Shown piece after piece: positions 39,462 to 49,078 of a stretch of DNA of 64,000 nt (position 1 is its first letter; each line of letters opens with the position of its first letter). The notes below the pieces were generated by a model, which saw nothing but the letters and a program-made list of their open reading frames with translations, was not told the DNA's origin and did not search any database. The translations under genes and the position numbers were made by a program. Origin of the DNA: Microcoleus sp. (GTDB taxonomy: Bacteria > Cyanobacteriota > Cyanobacteriia > Cyanobacteriales > Microcoleaceae); the NCBI GenBank assembly GCA_042408215.1, contig JAYFMW010000030.1, forward strand, positions 448,001 through 512,000, written 5' to 3'.

Positions 39462-39641
39462 TCACGCTTGAATTACCGGATCGAACACAACAGTCAACCG
39501 ATCGGCCGGAACCATCCGCTTGAGAATTTGCAAGTGACCGTCTGCATCAGACCAACTGCGAAACTGACCCACAACCACCTTTTCCAGATTCGGAAGCGCT
39601 CGAACTACAGTCCACGGCTTGAGACGTTTTTCTTGCAGCAT
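39462..39641 (-). CDS. Small conserved-looking cyanobacterial hypothetical protein (59 aa)
   Basis: Strong AAAGGAG RBS; RLKPWTVVRALP...FRSWSDADGHL motif. Confidence 0.7.
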   Translation of the reverse strand: MLQEKRLKPWTVVRALPNLEKVVVGQFRSWSDADGHLQILKRMVPADRLTVVFDPVIQA

Positions 39642-39829
39642 AATAGATATATCTCCTTTTTGAATTGGAGCCAAAGCCAGTCAACCATGCTTGGCCACGG
39701 CAGAATACTGGCTTTTGACTTGATAAACTTGCCCTTCTCTCAAAACATATCACAAAAAAAATAGTTTGTGATTAGATCTTATTTTTCATTTTTTTATAGC
39801 TATTTTCTACATAACACATCATTTATGGT

Positions 39830-40188
39830 AATTGGTCATTGGTCATTGGTCATTGGTCATTGGTCATTGGGGAATTGGTCATTGGTCATTGGGAATAACA
39901 ACTAACAACTAACAACTAACAACTAACAACGAACTAATGACTAATAACTAATAACTAATGACTAATAACTAATGACCAATGACTAATGACTAATAACTAA
40001 TGACCAATGACTAATGACTAATAACTAATAACTAATGACTAATGACTAATGACCAATGACTAATGACCAATGACTAATGACTAATGACTAATGACTAATG
40101 ACTAATAACTAATGACCAATGACCAATGACCAATGACTAATGACTAATGACTAATGACTACTGACTAATGACTACTGACTAATGACTA
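39830..40188. repeat. Long STRR heptamer array (TTGGTCA, then TGACTAA/TAACTAA)
   Basis: Direct reading. Confidence 0.95.
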
Positions 40189-41685
40189 CCAATCTCCCCT
40201 CGACAGCAGAAACCAGATCCCACCCAAACCCAAAACACCACCCAAAACCCCACCTTCCCACCCAAAAACAGTCCCTCCCGGTAAATGTCCCGGCGAAGCC
40301 TTAGAAGTAAAATTCACATCAGAATAGTACACCCACTGATTATTGACCCGCCAGCCCACTCGATCGCCAAACTTATCCCAAACTGTAGCATCGTAAACTC
40401 CCGGCTTTCCCCCTGACTTTAGCCACAAACCCCTTTGCACAGAAAAGCCGAACCTGCGGTGACTGTGCCGCACCCAAAGTCGATCGATAGTCTGCAAATC
40501 CTTAGCCGGAAACTTCCCAATATCTTCCTCAGTCAAATAACCTCGGGAAACTTGCTGCATCACCTCCAGCATCTTAGCAGAAGTTTCCCGATCGGCCCCA
40601 CGCCATTTTTGAGCAGCCAGCAGTCTTTCTAAGTCAGAATAATCAATCCCTTTTTCCGACTCTAACTTCACCGAAACTAGGGGAGTCTGAGTAACAGGTT
40701 GAGTCGGTACAGAAGCACTAACCACTGTCACCTCCTGCAACTTTTGTGGCAGCGGTTCAACAACAGCAGCAGGTTTTAAAGCTGACAAAACTTCCTCAGC
40801 AGACTTGTAACGGTCTTTAACATATTCCTGAATCAACTTGTCCAAAACCTGACCTAAATCCTCACTAATCTTTGTGCCTTTCGGCAAAGCCTCCCTCCAC
40901 AGCCAGCGACCTTCCAGCGGGTCATAAAGGTCATCGTGAATGTCCCCGTAGATATCCAAATAAGGCATAACAGAAGTCAACAAGCGAATGCAAGTCACCC
41001 CCAAACTGTAAAGATCGCTAGCAGGAACAGCCCTCCCGTACCGCTGTTCTAGAGCCACATAGCCGGGAGTTCCCAACTTAGTTCCCGCTTGGCTCGGAGC
41101 AGCAGCTACTACCTGTTTAGAAACCCCAAAATCTATCAGCACCAATTTGCGATCGCGATGGCGGCGGATCACATTCTCAGGCTTAATATCCCGGTGAATT
41201 ACATTGCGCTCATGCACAAAATTCAGCAAAGGCAACAAATCTAACAGCAGTTCCCTAGTTTTAATTTCGCTATAAGCACCGTACTTTTCTAACTCATCCT
41301 TTAAATTATTACCGTCTATAAACTCTTGCACCAAATACAATCGCCCGTCTTCCTCAAAATAAGAAATTAACTGAGGAATTTGCGGATTTTTCAGTTCATA
41401 AAGTCGCCTTGCCTCTTGTTCAAACAGTCGGACATACTTGTTAAAATGACTGGTATTCCGCTGAAATTCCTGCGGTGGCGACAACTGTTTGATCACGCAC
41501 AGTTCCTCAAATTTTCCGTGATTAACAGCTATAAAAGTCCTGCCAAATCCCCCGTCGAGCAGCGGTTCAGTTGCTGCATAAAGGTCTTTTAGCAGCAACT
41601 TTGAACCGCAATTAAGACAATACTTTGTGCCTGGTGGGTTCTGACGCTTGTCTCTTGGGCAATCGAGATTAAGGCAGTATGTCAT
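40186..41685 (-). CDS. Ser/Thr protein kinase with C-terminal GUN4 domain
   Basis: N-terminal CLNLDC..CLNCG, IHRDIKPEN, LIDFG; IDRLWVRHSHRRFGFSVQ, PGHLP. Confidence 0.93.
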   Translation of the reverse strand: MTYCLNLDCPRDKRQNPPGTKYCLNCGSKLLLKDLYAATEPLLDGGFGRTFIAVNHGKFEELCVIKQLSPPQEFQRNTSHFNKYVRLFEQEARRLYELKNPQIPQLISYFEEDGRLYLVQEFIDGNNLKDELEKYGAYSEIKTRELLLDLLPLLNFVHERNVIHRDIKPENVIRRHRDRKLVLIDFGVSKQVVAAAPSQAGTKLGTPGYVALEQRYGRAVPASDLYSLGVTCIRLLTSVMPYLDIYGDIHDDLYDPLEGRWLWREALPKGTKISEDLGQVLDKLIQEYVKDRYKSAEEVLSALKPAAVVEPLPQKLQEVTVVSASVPTQPVTQTPLVSVKLESEKGIDYSDLERLLAAQKWRGADRETSAKMLEVMQQVSRGYLTEEDIGKFPAKDLQTIDRLWVRHSHRRFGFSVQRGLWLKSGGKPGVYDATVWDKFGDRVGWRVNNQWVYYSDVNFTSKASPGHLPGGTVFGWEGGVLGGVLGLGGIWFLLSRGDW

Positions 41686-41912
41686 ATATTAAAAACAGGT
41701 GCACAAAATTATACTTAGGGTGTCATTTTATTCAGGAGCGATCGCCCGAACTTTTGTTGTCGAGGCGAAACCCGGAGCCTCTTCTGGGCGGCAGCGACTG
41801 AGCGAGCAGAAGGGGAACTCTAGCCAGACAGCCCCACAGCAAGTATAACTCTCAAGAGGGTTTGACCTCAAACTCGAAGAGTCAGTCTCACCTCAAACTG
41901 CGATCGACACAA

Positions 41913-42021
41913 TACAGCAGTTCCCGCTGTTATGAAACACGGTAGGGACACTCCAAGAGCCGTGTCCCTAGGAGGATTGAACGATAAGTGGGTGTACCTC
42001 ATAACAGCGGTTTCCGCTGTA
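41913..42021. mobile_element. MITE-like element with internal GTAGGGACAC REP-like hairpin
   Basis: TACAGC...CCGCTGTTATGA / TCATAACAGCGG...GCTGTA ends. Confidence 0.6.
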
Positions 42022-42452
42022 TATTCGACAAAGAGGTAACATAGCAAGCACATTAAACAAAGTCAACTAATTGATCGATAGTAATTTATTACCGCCCAGC
42101 TACCTCTGCAACTTCTCAAAGAAACTTAGGATTCCGCCTGAGATATAATTTTACTAGCAGAGAGAAGCTGTCTAACTCGACCACAGCTTCCGTCAAGTCC
42201 ACGCGAGCGAAGCTATCCCGAAGGGAATCCCCCCGTGATATTTTCCCTGGAAAATTTTTACACCGAACCCAGGCGAAATCAACCATCCAAAACCCCCAAA
42301 TAAACGCACATGAAAATCAAAGACTAGCCGCTCGAACTCAACCCGACCTCAACCAGAACGCCACCCAATAATTAGCCAGTTTTTCAGATTTCCAACCACA
42401 GCCATCACCAGTTACATTAAATTTGACCGATCTACTTAATTAGGAACTACCA

Positions 42453-43904
42453 GTGACACCAAAACTTCAGCCCTCTCCCACTCCAAATTCCCGCAAAGAA
42501 TCTCCCAAAGTACCCTGGTTCGAGCGGTTCATAGCCTTGGTAGCCCTAGGAAATTTAAGCCTAGTATTATTTGACATCAGCTACGTCCCTTGGCGAGATT
42601 TCTACTTCCGGAAACTGCCAGTCCTTACTCAAATATACGATCCATTTAAAGGAATTAAACCTCACCGAGACACCCAGAAATATCTAGAAACCTTAGAAGA
42701 CTTAAAAATTCAAGTAGTGCAAACAGGCTTACCCTCTCCCCAAGTAGCAGCTAAATTGCAGGAACTAGACAATCTCAGCGCGAAAATGATCGACGAAGAC
42801 CCCTTTCGAGTAGCATCAAAAAGTGGTAGCCTCGAAAAAATCAAAGACCGGCTCCGCCAGCGTATTCCGAACCCACAAGACTCCGCCAAACAATCATTCC
42901 AAACATTCTGGAGCCAAGACTATTTAACCAGAAAAGGCTGGCCACAAGAAATCAACTGGTTTGAGCGCAAAATCAAGCCATTAATCGCCATCAACTATTT
43001 CCGCGAAATCGGAGAAAACGGGGAATTCATCGACAATTTTTGGGTCATTGACCTGCCATTTATTGCCATATTTGCGATCGAATTTCTAGCCCGCACCTAC
43101 TTCATCAGCCGCCGCCACCGCAGCGTCACATGGCGGCAAGCCATGCTCTGGCGGTGGTACGACATCTTCATGCTCCTCCCATTCTGGCGGTTATCGCGAG
43201 TATTAACCATCACAATTCGCATCCACCAAGCAAAAATGCCCGATCTCCAACCCATACGCAGTCAAATCAGCCGAGGTTTCGTCGCCAACTTCGCCCAAGA
43301 ATTAACCGAAGTAGTAGTAATTCAACTGATCAACCAGATGCAACAATCCATTAGCAGCGGCGAACTAGCAAAGCAACTTTTCCAATCTCAAAAACAGCGA
43401 TATTTAGACATTAATAATATCAACGAAATAGAAGCGATCGCCACCCATTTAGTTCAAATCACCGTTTACAAAGTCCTCCCTCAACTCCAGCCCGACCTAG
43501 AAGCTCTCCTCCGCTACAATATAGAAATGTTTCTCAAACAATCCCCCCTCTATCAAGGATTCCAGCAAGTACCCGGACTCGGAAACCTCCCCGCACAGCT
43601 AGCAGAGCAATTAGTTGCAGAACTGTCAAAATTAGCCACACTCGGCCCGCAAAATGCCTACGAAGCCTTCAAAATCGCTAGCGAAGATCCCAAAGGCATC
43701 CAACTCTCAAACCAGCTAGTCCAACATTTCGGGCAAGCTTTAGGAGCTGAACTGCAACAGCAGCAAACCTGGCAAGAAATACAACTACTACTGTGCGACT
43801 TCCTAGAAGAGTTCAAAATCAACTACATCCAGCGGTTGAGCGAAGAAGACTTCGAGAAAATTTTAGAACAAGCCAAAGAACTGCAACAAATAGCTCCGCG
43901 TTAG
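42453..43904 (+). CDS. Conserved hypothetical membrane protein
   Basis: 483-aa ORF with transmembrane segments and WRWYD motif. Confidence 0.8.
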   Translation: MTPKLQPSPTPNSRKESPKVPWFERFIALVALGNLSLVLFDISYVPWRDFYFRKLPVLTQIYDPFKGIKPHRDTQKYLETLEDLKIQVVQTGLPSPQVAAKLQELDNLSAKMIDEDPFRVASKSGSLEKIKDRLRQRIPNPQDSAKQSFQTFWSQDYLTRKGWPQEINWFERKIKPLIAINYFREIGENGEFIDNFWVIDLPFIAIFAIEFLARTYFISRRHRSVTWRQAMLWRWYDIFMLLPFWRLSRVLTITIRIHQAKMPDLQPIRSQISRGFVANFAQELTEVVVIQLINQMQQSISSGELAKQLFQSQKQRYLDINNINEIEAIATHLVQITVYKVLPQLQPDLEALLRYNIEMFLKQSPLYQGFQQVPGLGNLPAQLAEQLVAELSKLATLGPQNAYEAFKIASEDPKGIQLSNQLVQHFGQALGAELQQQQTWQEIQLLLCDFLEEFKINYIQRLSEEDFEKILEQAKELQQIAPR

Positions 43905-43909
43905 GAAGC

Positions 43910-44247
43910 AGTCATTAGTTATTAGTTATTAGTCATTAGTCATTAGTCATTAGTCATTAGTCATTAGTTATTAGTTATTAGTTATTAGTTATTAGTTATT
44001 AGTTATTTGTGAGTTGCTCCCAATAACGAATGATCCGTTACCAATAACCAATAACCAATAACCGATGCCCCATGCCCCATGCCCCATGCCCCATGCCCCA
44101 TGCCCCATGCCCCATGCCCCATGCCCCATGCCCCATACCCCATGCCCCATGCCCTATGCCCCATGCCCCATGCCCCATGCCCCATGCCCCATGCCCCATG
44201 CCCGATGCCCCATGCCCCATGCCCCATGCCCCATGCCCCATGCCCCA
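43910..44247. repeat. STRR arrays (GTCATTA/GTTATTA, ACCAATA, ATGCCCC)
   Basis: Direct reading. Confidence 0.95.
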
Positions 44248-44381
44248 CTCCCCCTCCGCGAATGGGCGAGATCCGAAGAGGTTTGTCACTGGGCGGGCGA
44301 TCGAGCTAAACTGAGGACTGAGGAAAACTTCGATCGGAGGAAGCCTTCAAACTTCTTGGAAGAAATTGTTTCACCTAGGAG

Positions 44382-45647
44382 CCAGACTCAATCGCCAAAA
44401 AGCTTGCTAAACTTATCCATAGTCAATCGTAAAAACAGGTTTGTATGTTTGCCATCAAGCGAGCGCTCAAATTGAATAACCAAGCTTGCACCTTGCTGGC
44501 AAAACACGCAGGATTCAGACGGGTCGTCTTCAATATGGGACTATCCCTGCGGACTCAAATGTATAGCGAAGGCAAGCTTACCGACTCAAAAGTAATTAAC
44601 GAAGTCAAAAAAGTTTTGACCAATCACGTCAAGAAACAACCTGAATTTAACTGGATGAATCAACTATCCAGCCGAGTATATCAAAACGCATTAATCGACT
44701 TGAAAGATGCGTTCAGTCGTTACAGAGCCGGAAAGTCAGGTCATCCAAGATTCGCAAGTCGCAGAAACGGGCAATCCTTCACAGTAGATTCATCAAACGG
44801 AAAAGTTTTACTTGCTGCTGGAAATACAATTAAAATTCCCACCCTCGGAACATTCCGACTGCACGAACCACTGGAAAGTAGCTTTGTTTCCCAGACTTTC
44901 ACCCTGTCAAAAGAAGGAAGTCGATGGTTCGTCTCCTTCTGCGTTGACGCCGAACGCTTGCCCGGGAAGCAACTGCAAGAATCCGTAGGCATTGATGTCG
45001 GAGTTAAATCCTTTGCCACCCTGTCAAACCATCAAGTGTTTGATGCGCCCAAACCGTTAAAGCAAGCGAAAACCAAGCTAGCAAAATTACAACGCAAGGC
45101 TTCAAAACAGGTAAAAGGTTCCAACAATCAGCGCAAAACTGAAGATAAAATTAGCCGCATTCACTCGCGGATATCCGCGATCCGCTCAGATTTCCTCCAT
45201 AAGTTAACAACTTACTTGGCGAAAACTTTCAAGCGAATTAAGATAGAAGACTTAAACGTGAAGGGAATGATGGCTAATCATAAAATTGCCGGAGCCATAT
45301 CGGACTTAGGTTTTTACAAATTCAAGCGCCAACTCGAATACAAATGTCAGATGTATGGAGCAAATTTAGTGCTAGTAGACCAATGGTTTCCTAGTTCCAA
45401 AACCTGCTCCAACTGCGGACACAAAAAAGATCTGCCACTGAGTCTCAGGACTTATGATTGCCCTGTTTGTGGTAGATCGATTGACAGAGACTTAAATGCC
45501 AGTTTGAACATTTTAAACTGGGAACCTTCGGCTTGAGGGGGATAGCCTGCCGATCTTGGGATGGCCGACCACCCAACAGCGCAGGAAGTAAACACTAATT
45601 GTTCAAAGTCTAACTTTGAACAAGTCTAGATAAGTTTTATAGAGCAG
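44382..45647 (+). mobile_element. Non-autonomous IS607-like element (tnpB only) in the rimP leader
   Basis: AG dinucleotide at both junctions (44380-44381, 45646-45647); right end GTCTAGATAAGTTTTATAGAGCAG; removal restores TAGGAGTGGGTCAAGCCCACTTTTTTT. Confidence 0.75.
44445..45536 (+). CDS. tnpB: RNA-guided endonuclease TnpB with intact D-E-D triad and zinc finger
   Basis: VGIDVG, IEDLNVKGM, CSNC..CPVC, DRDLNASLNI. Confidence 0.95.
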   Translation: MFAIKRALKLNNQACTLLAKHAGFRRVVFNMGLSLRTQMYSEGKLTDSKVINEVKKVLTNHVKKQPEFNWMNQLSSRVYQNALIDLKDAFSRYRAGKSGHPRFASRRNGQSFTVDSSNGKVLLAAGNTIKIPTLGTFRLHEPLESSFVSQTFTLSKEGSRWFVSFCVDAERLPGKQLQESVGIDVGVKSFATLSNHQVFDAPKPLKQAKTKLAKLQRKASKQVKGSNNQRKTEDKISRIHSRISAIRSDFLHKLTTYLAKTFKRIKIEDLNVKGMMANHKIAGAISDLGFYKFKRQLEYKCQMYGANLVLVDQWFPSSKTCSNCGHKKDLPLSLRTYDCPVCGRSIDRDLNASLNILNWEPSA

Positions 45648-45670
45648 TGGGTCAAGCCCACTTTTTTTTG
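45648..45670 (+). promoter_or_regulatory. rimP leader hairpin with T-tract
   Basis: (G)TGGG-TCAAG-CCCAC-TTTTTTTT upstream of rimP. Confidence 0.6.
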
Positions 45671-45761
45671 TTGCATCGATCGCAGGAAAAGGGCTGAGTA
45701 CATCACACTTGCGAGTCCAAGACCTGATTTTTCCTTGCTTGTTTTAACTCAAAAATTCCAT

Positions 45762-46229
45762 ATGACTCATCCCCTAATCCCACAAATCATTGACTTAGCT
45801 ACCCCCGTTGCCGAAACACTGGGATTGGAAGTAGTGGGAGCAGTGTTTCACACCAACCAAAATCCTCCCGTCTTACGGGTAGATATTCGCAACCTCCAGC
45901 AAGACACCGGTTTAGCCGACTGCGAGCGGATGAGCACAGCCCTCGAAGCCGAATTAGAGGTAGCCGACATCATACCCGACGCCTACGTGCTAGAGATTTC
46001 CAGTCCCGGTATATCCCGATTGCTCAGCAGCGATCGAGAATTCATTACCTTTAAAGGTTTCCCGGTGACAGTCAAAGCCGCCGAACCGGATTCGCGAATC
46101 AAAGAGTGGAAAGGACAACTGGTCTGCCGCGATGAAACAACAGTTTATCTCAATCAAAAAGGGCGACAGATTAAAATTCCCCGCCCTCTGATTGCCCAAG
46201 TAGAACTAGACGAAGGAAAGGAGATGTAA
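45762..46229 (+). CDS. rimP: Ribosome maturation factor
   Basis: [10 protein letters not shown]; first gene of the nusA-infB cluster. Confidence 0.95.
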   Translation: MTHPLIPQIIDLATPVAETLGLEVVGAVFHTNQNPPVLRVDIRNLQQDTGLADCERMSTALEAELEVADIIPDAYVLEISSPGISRLLSSDREFITFKGFPVTVKAAEPDSRIKEWKGQLVCRDETTVYLNQKGRQIKIPRPLIAQVELDEGKEM

Positions 46230-46363
46230 AAGGAAGTTTTGAGTCTTGAGTTCTACTAATCCCTCATCACTCATAATTTACCCTCGGCAATTGCCGATGA
46301 CCGATGCCCCATGACCGATGCCCTGTTTGGCCGATTACCCAATTACAAAAAGGAGTTTTTTAT

Positions 46364-47647
46364 ATGTCAATGGTTCCTCTGCCCGGACTAAAAGAAATGG
46401 TCGAAGGTATTAGCAAAGATCGCAATTTACCCAAACACGCCGTCCAAGCAGCCTTGCGAGAAGCCCTGCTCAAAGGATACGAACGCTACCGCCGTACCCA
46501 AAAACTCGACCACTTCAGCGAAGAATACTTCGACAATTTTGATGTAGAACTCGACGCAGAACAAGAAGGTTTCCGCGTTTTAGCCAACAAAACTATTGTT
46601 GAAGAAGTTAACAATCCCGATCACGAGATCGCACTCTCTGAAGTGCAGGAAGTGGCCACCGAAGCTCAACCGGGTAGCATTGTTCTCGTAGATGTAACAC
46701 CCAATCAAAAAGAATTTGGTCGGATGGCTGCCATCCAGACTAAACAAGTGCTGGCTCAAAAACTGCGCGACCAACAGCGCAAAATGATTCAAGAAGAATT
46801 CAAAGATTTAGAAGAAACTGTTCTTCAAGCAAGAGTTCTCAGGTTTGAGAGGCAGTCGGTAATTTTAGCAGTCACCAGCAGTTTCGGTCAGCCAGAAGTA
46901 GATGCCGAACTCCCCAAACGTGAACAGTTGCCCAATGACAATTACCGCGCCAACGCTACATTTAAGGTCTACCTCAAACAAGTAGGCGAAGGCTCTACTA
47001 GAGGCCCACAGTTACTCGTCTCTAGAGCCGATGCAGGTTTGGTGGTTTACCTGTTTGCGAATGAAGTCCCCGAAATAGAAGACGGAGTGGTGAGAATTGT
47101 TGCCGTAGCTAGAGAGGCAAATCCCCCTTCCCGCCATGTCGGCCCCCGGACTAAAATAGCTGTTGATACTCTCGATCGCGACGTAGACCCCGTAGGAGCC
47201 TGCATCGGAGCGCGGGGATCGCGGATTCAGGTAGTAGTCAACGAATTGCGCGGAGAAAAAATCGACGTGATCCGCTGGTCTCCAGACCCATCAACTTATA
47301 TTGCTAACGCTCTGAGTCCAGCTAGGGTAGATGAAGTGCGTTTAGTTGCCCCAGAAGGCAGACGGGCACACATTTTGGTCGCTGAAGACCAACTCAGTCT
47401 CGCCATTGGCAAAGAAGGTCAGAACGTCCGCCTCGCAGCCCGCCTGACCGGTTGGAAAATCGATATCAAAGATATTGCCAAGTACGATCGCGCCTCCGAA
47501 GATAGCAAATTAGCAGCAGAAGAGACCAGGCTTGAGGAACTAGCAGCCGCAGAGGAGGAAGCCGCCGAATTTGAGGGAGACAGAGAAACCGCAGAATTTG
47601 AGGCAGAGGAAGCCACAGCAATGGACGAAACCGCAGCCGGGATCTAA
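46364..47647 (+). CDS. nusA: Transcription termination/antitermination factor
   Basis: FGRMAAIQTKQV, S1 and KH domains, DPVGACIG, AIGKEGQNVRLA. Confidence 0.98.
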   Translation: MSMVPLPGLKEMVEGISKDRNLPKHAVQAALREALLKGYERYRRTQKLDHFSEEYFDNFDVELDAEQEGFRVLANKTIVEEVNNPDHEIALSEVQEVATEAQPGSIVLVDVTPNQKEFGRMAAIQTKQVLAQKLRDQQRKMIQEEFKDLEETVLQARVLRFERQSVILAVTSSFGQPEVDAELPKREQLPNDNYRANATFKVYLKQVGEGSTRGPQLLVSRADAGLVVYLFANEVPEIEDGVVRIVAVAREANPPSRHVGPRTKIAVDTLDRDVDPVGACIGARGSRIQVVVNELRGEKIDVIRWSPDPSTYIANALSPARVDEVRLVAPEGRRAHILVAEDQLSLAIGKEGQNVRLAARLTGWKIDIKDIAKYDRASEDSKLAAEETRLEELAAAEEEAAEFEGDRETAEFEAEEATAMDETAAGI

Positions 47648-47776
47648 AAACCTGTGACATTTACAAGACTTGCCCCAGGGGGAGACCAGGAGGACTTCTC
47701 CCCCATTCCCACACTCCCCCACTCTCCTCCAACTGTGCGAGATCACGGACTATTCCCCCTCTCCCCCTCCCAAGTG

Positions 47777-48103
47777 ATGAAACCGAACTACCGATGCTGT
47801 GCCTGTTGTCGCAAAATAGCTCTCAAAGAAGATTTTTGGCGAGTAGTCAGGGTCTATCCTTCTCATCAGGTACAATTAGATAGTGGCATGGGTCGTTCAG
47901 CTTACCTTTGTCCGCAAGTAGAATGCCTCAAAGCAGCTCAGAAAAAAAATCGACTTGGGCGATCGCTCAAAGCACCTGTGTCTGACGAACTCTACCAAAC
48001 ACTTTGGCAGCGTTTAGCCAGATCAGACATGACCAGCTCCCGGCTTAAAGCCGACAAGAGTGAGCGTGTAAACTGTTGGCCTATAGTAAACGAATTTTTG
48101 TAA
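47777..48103 (+). CDS. ylxR: YlxR family protein
   Basis: RCCACC, GRSAYLCP; located between nusA and infB. Confidence 0.9.
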   Translation: MKPNYRCCACCRKIALKEDFWRVVRVYPSHQVQLDSGMGRSAYLCPQVECLKAAQKKNRLGRSLKAPVSDELYQTLWQRLARSDMTSSRLKADKSERVNCWPIVNEFL

Positions 48104-49078
48104 ATTCCGAGCACTTCGAATTCGCGAGCGTGACCAGCGGTAGAAATTGGTAGTATGTCCTATGGACGCTACCGTTTAAAATGACCGCGTTGAAGCATCG
48201 GGCTTTTAAGAAAGTTTCGTAGTCAGCGCCACGGCTGTGCCCCCAAAACTTCGACTTCGCTCTGTTACCGTTTTTATATAGCGCTTTCAGTATTTTGTTG
48301 ACAGCTTTGAGAGATACCTCCCGATCCGTCAGGCTAAAAGCTTGATAGATCTGCCATACACAGTAGATTTAGGCGCAATCCTGGATTTACCGGGTTAAAT
48401 GTATCTGTTGATTAATATCTGGGTATATTTAGGCAATTATCTGCATAAATGCCTAGATATTAGTTGTAACATGGGATTACGCCTGATTAGTGCGGGTTGT
48501 TAAAGCTTAGAGGAGTGTGAAAACCTAGAAACACTTGACACAAACTAATCATCCAAATAACTTAATGCCTTCAGTCCTTTGCTGTTAACAGCAATCTCTA
48601 ACTGGGAAGATCAGGTCAAACTGAGTAATCGGTAAGCCCCCTGGCGCTTGATCGAGGCCTCTTATACACCGCTGACTTTCCTCTACCCATATTTGCGGAC
48701 TAGCGCCTAGATATGCGTAGGTTTTTATAAGCGGCTAGAACTAAAACCCCAATCCGATCTGCCCACCAGTCTGGAAAGATTTGTGTCAGATTAGATAAGG
48801 GTAGGGTACTAGCAGAGGTATCCTCAAAGTGGAAAGGCGAACTTTGAAGCTTGAGAGAGTGGCTTGAGCCAAAACTCAGACTTCTAATTTATAAGTTCCC
48901 AAACAGACTTGAGAATTCTCCGAACGCAGACTTCAGCGGGTTGCATCTTCTAGAGCAAACTGCTGAGCAAGTACCAAAACCCCGATTCCTGACACTGAAT
49001 CTAAACAGCGAATGATGTCGTCATTAGAACAAAAAATCACAATGTAAAAACTGGTTGGCACAAAAGAGGGCAGAGTGG

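Noticed and set aside
44382..44444. IStron (group I intron fused to the IS607-like element)
   Set aside because: Only 63 bp between the left junction and the tnpB start, too short for a group I core
44003..44475. ORFs encoding MPHAPCP or MGHGAWG repeats
   Set aside because: Translations of the (ATGCCCC)n array, which has no stops in several frames
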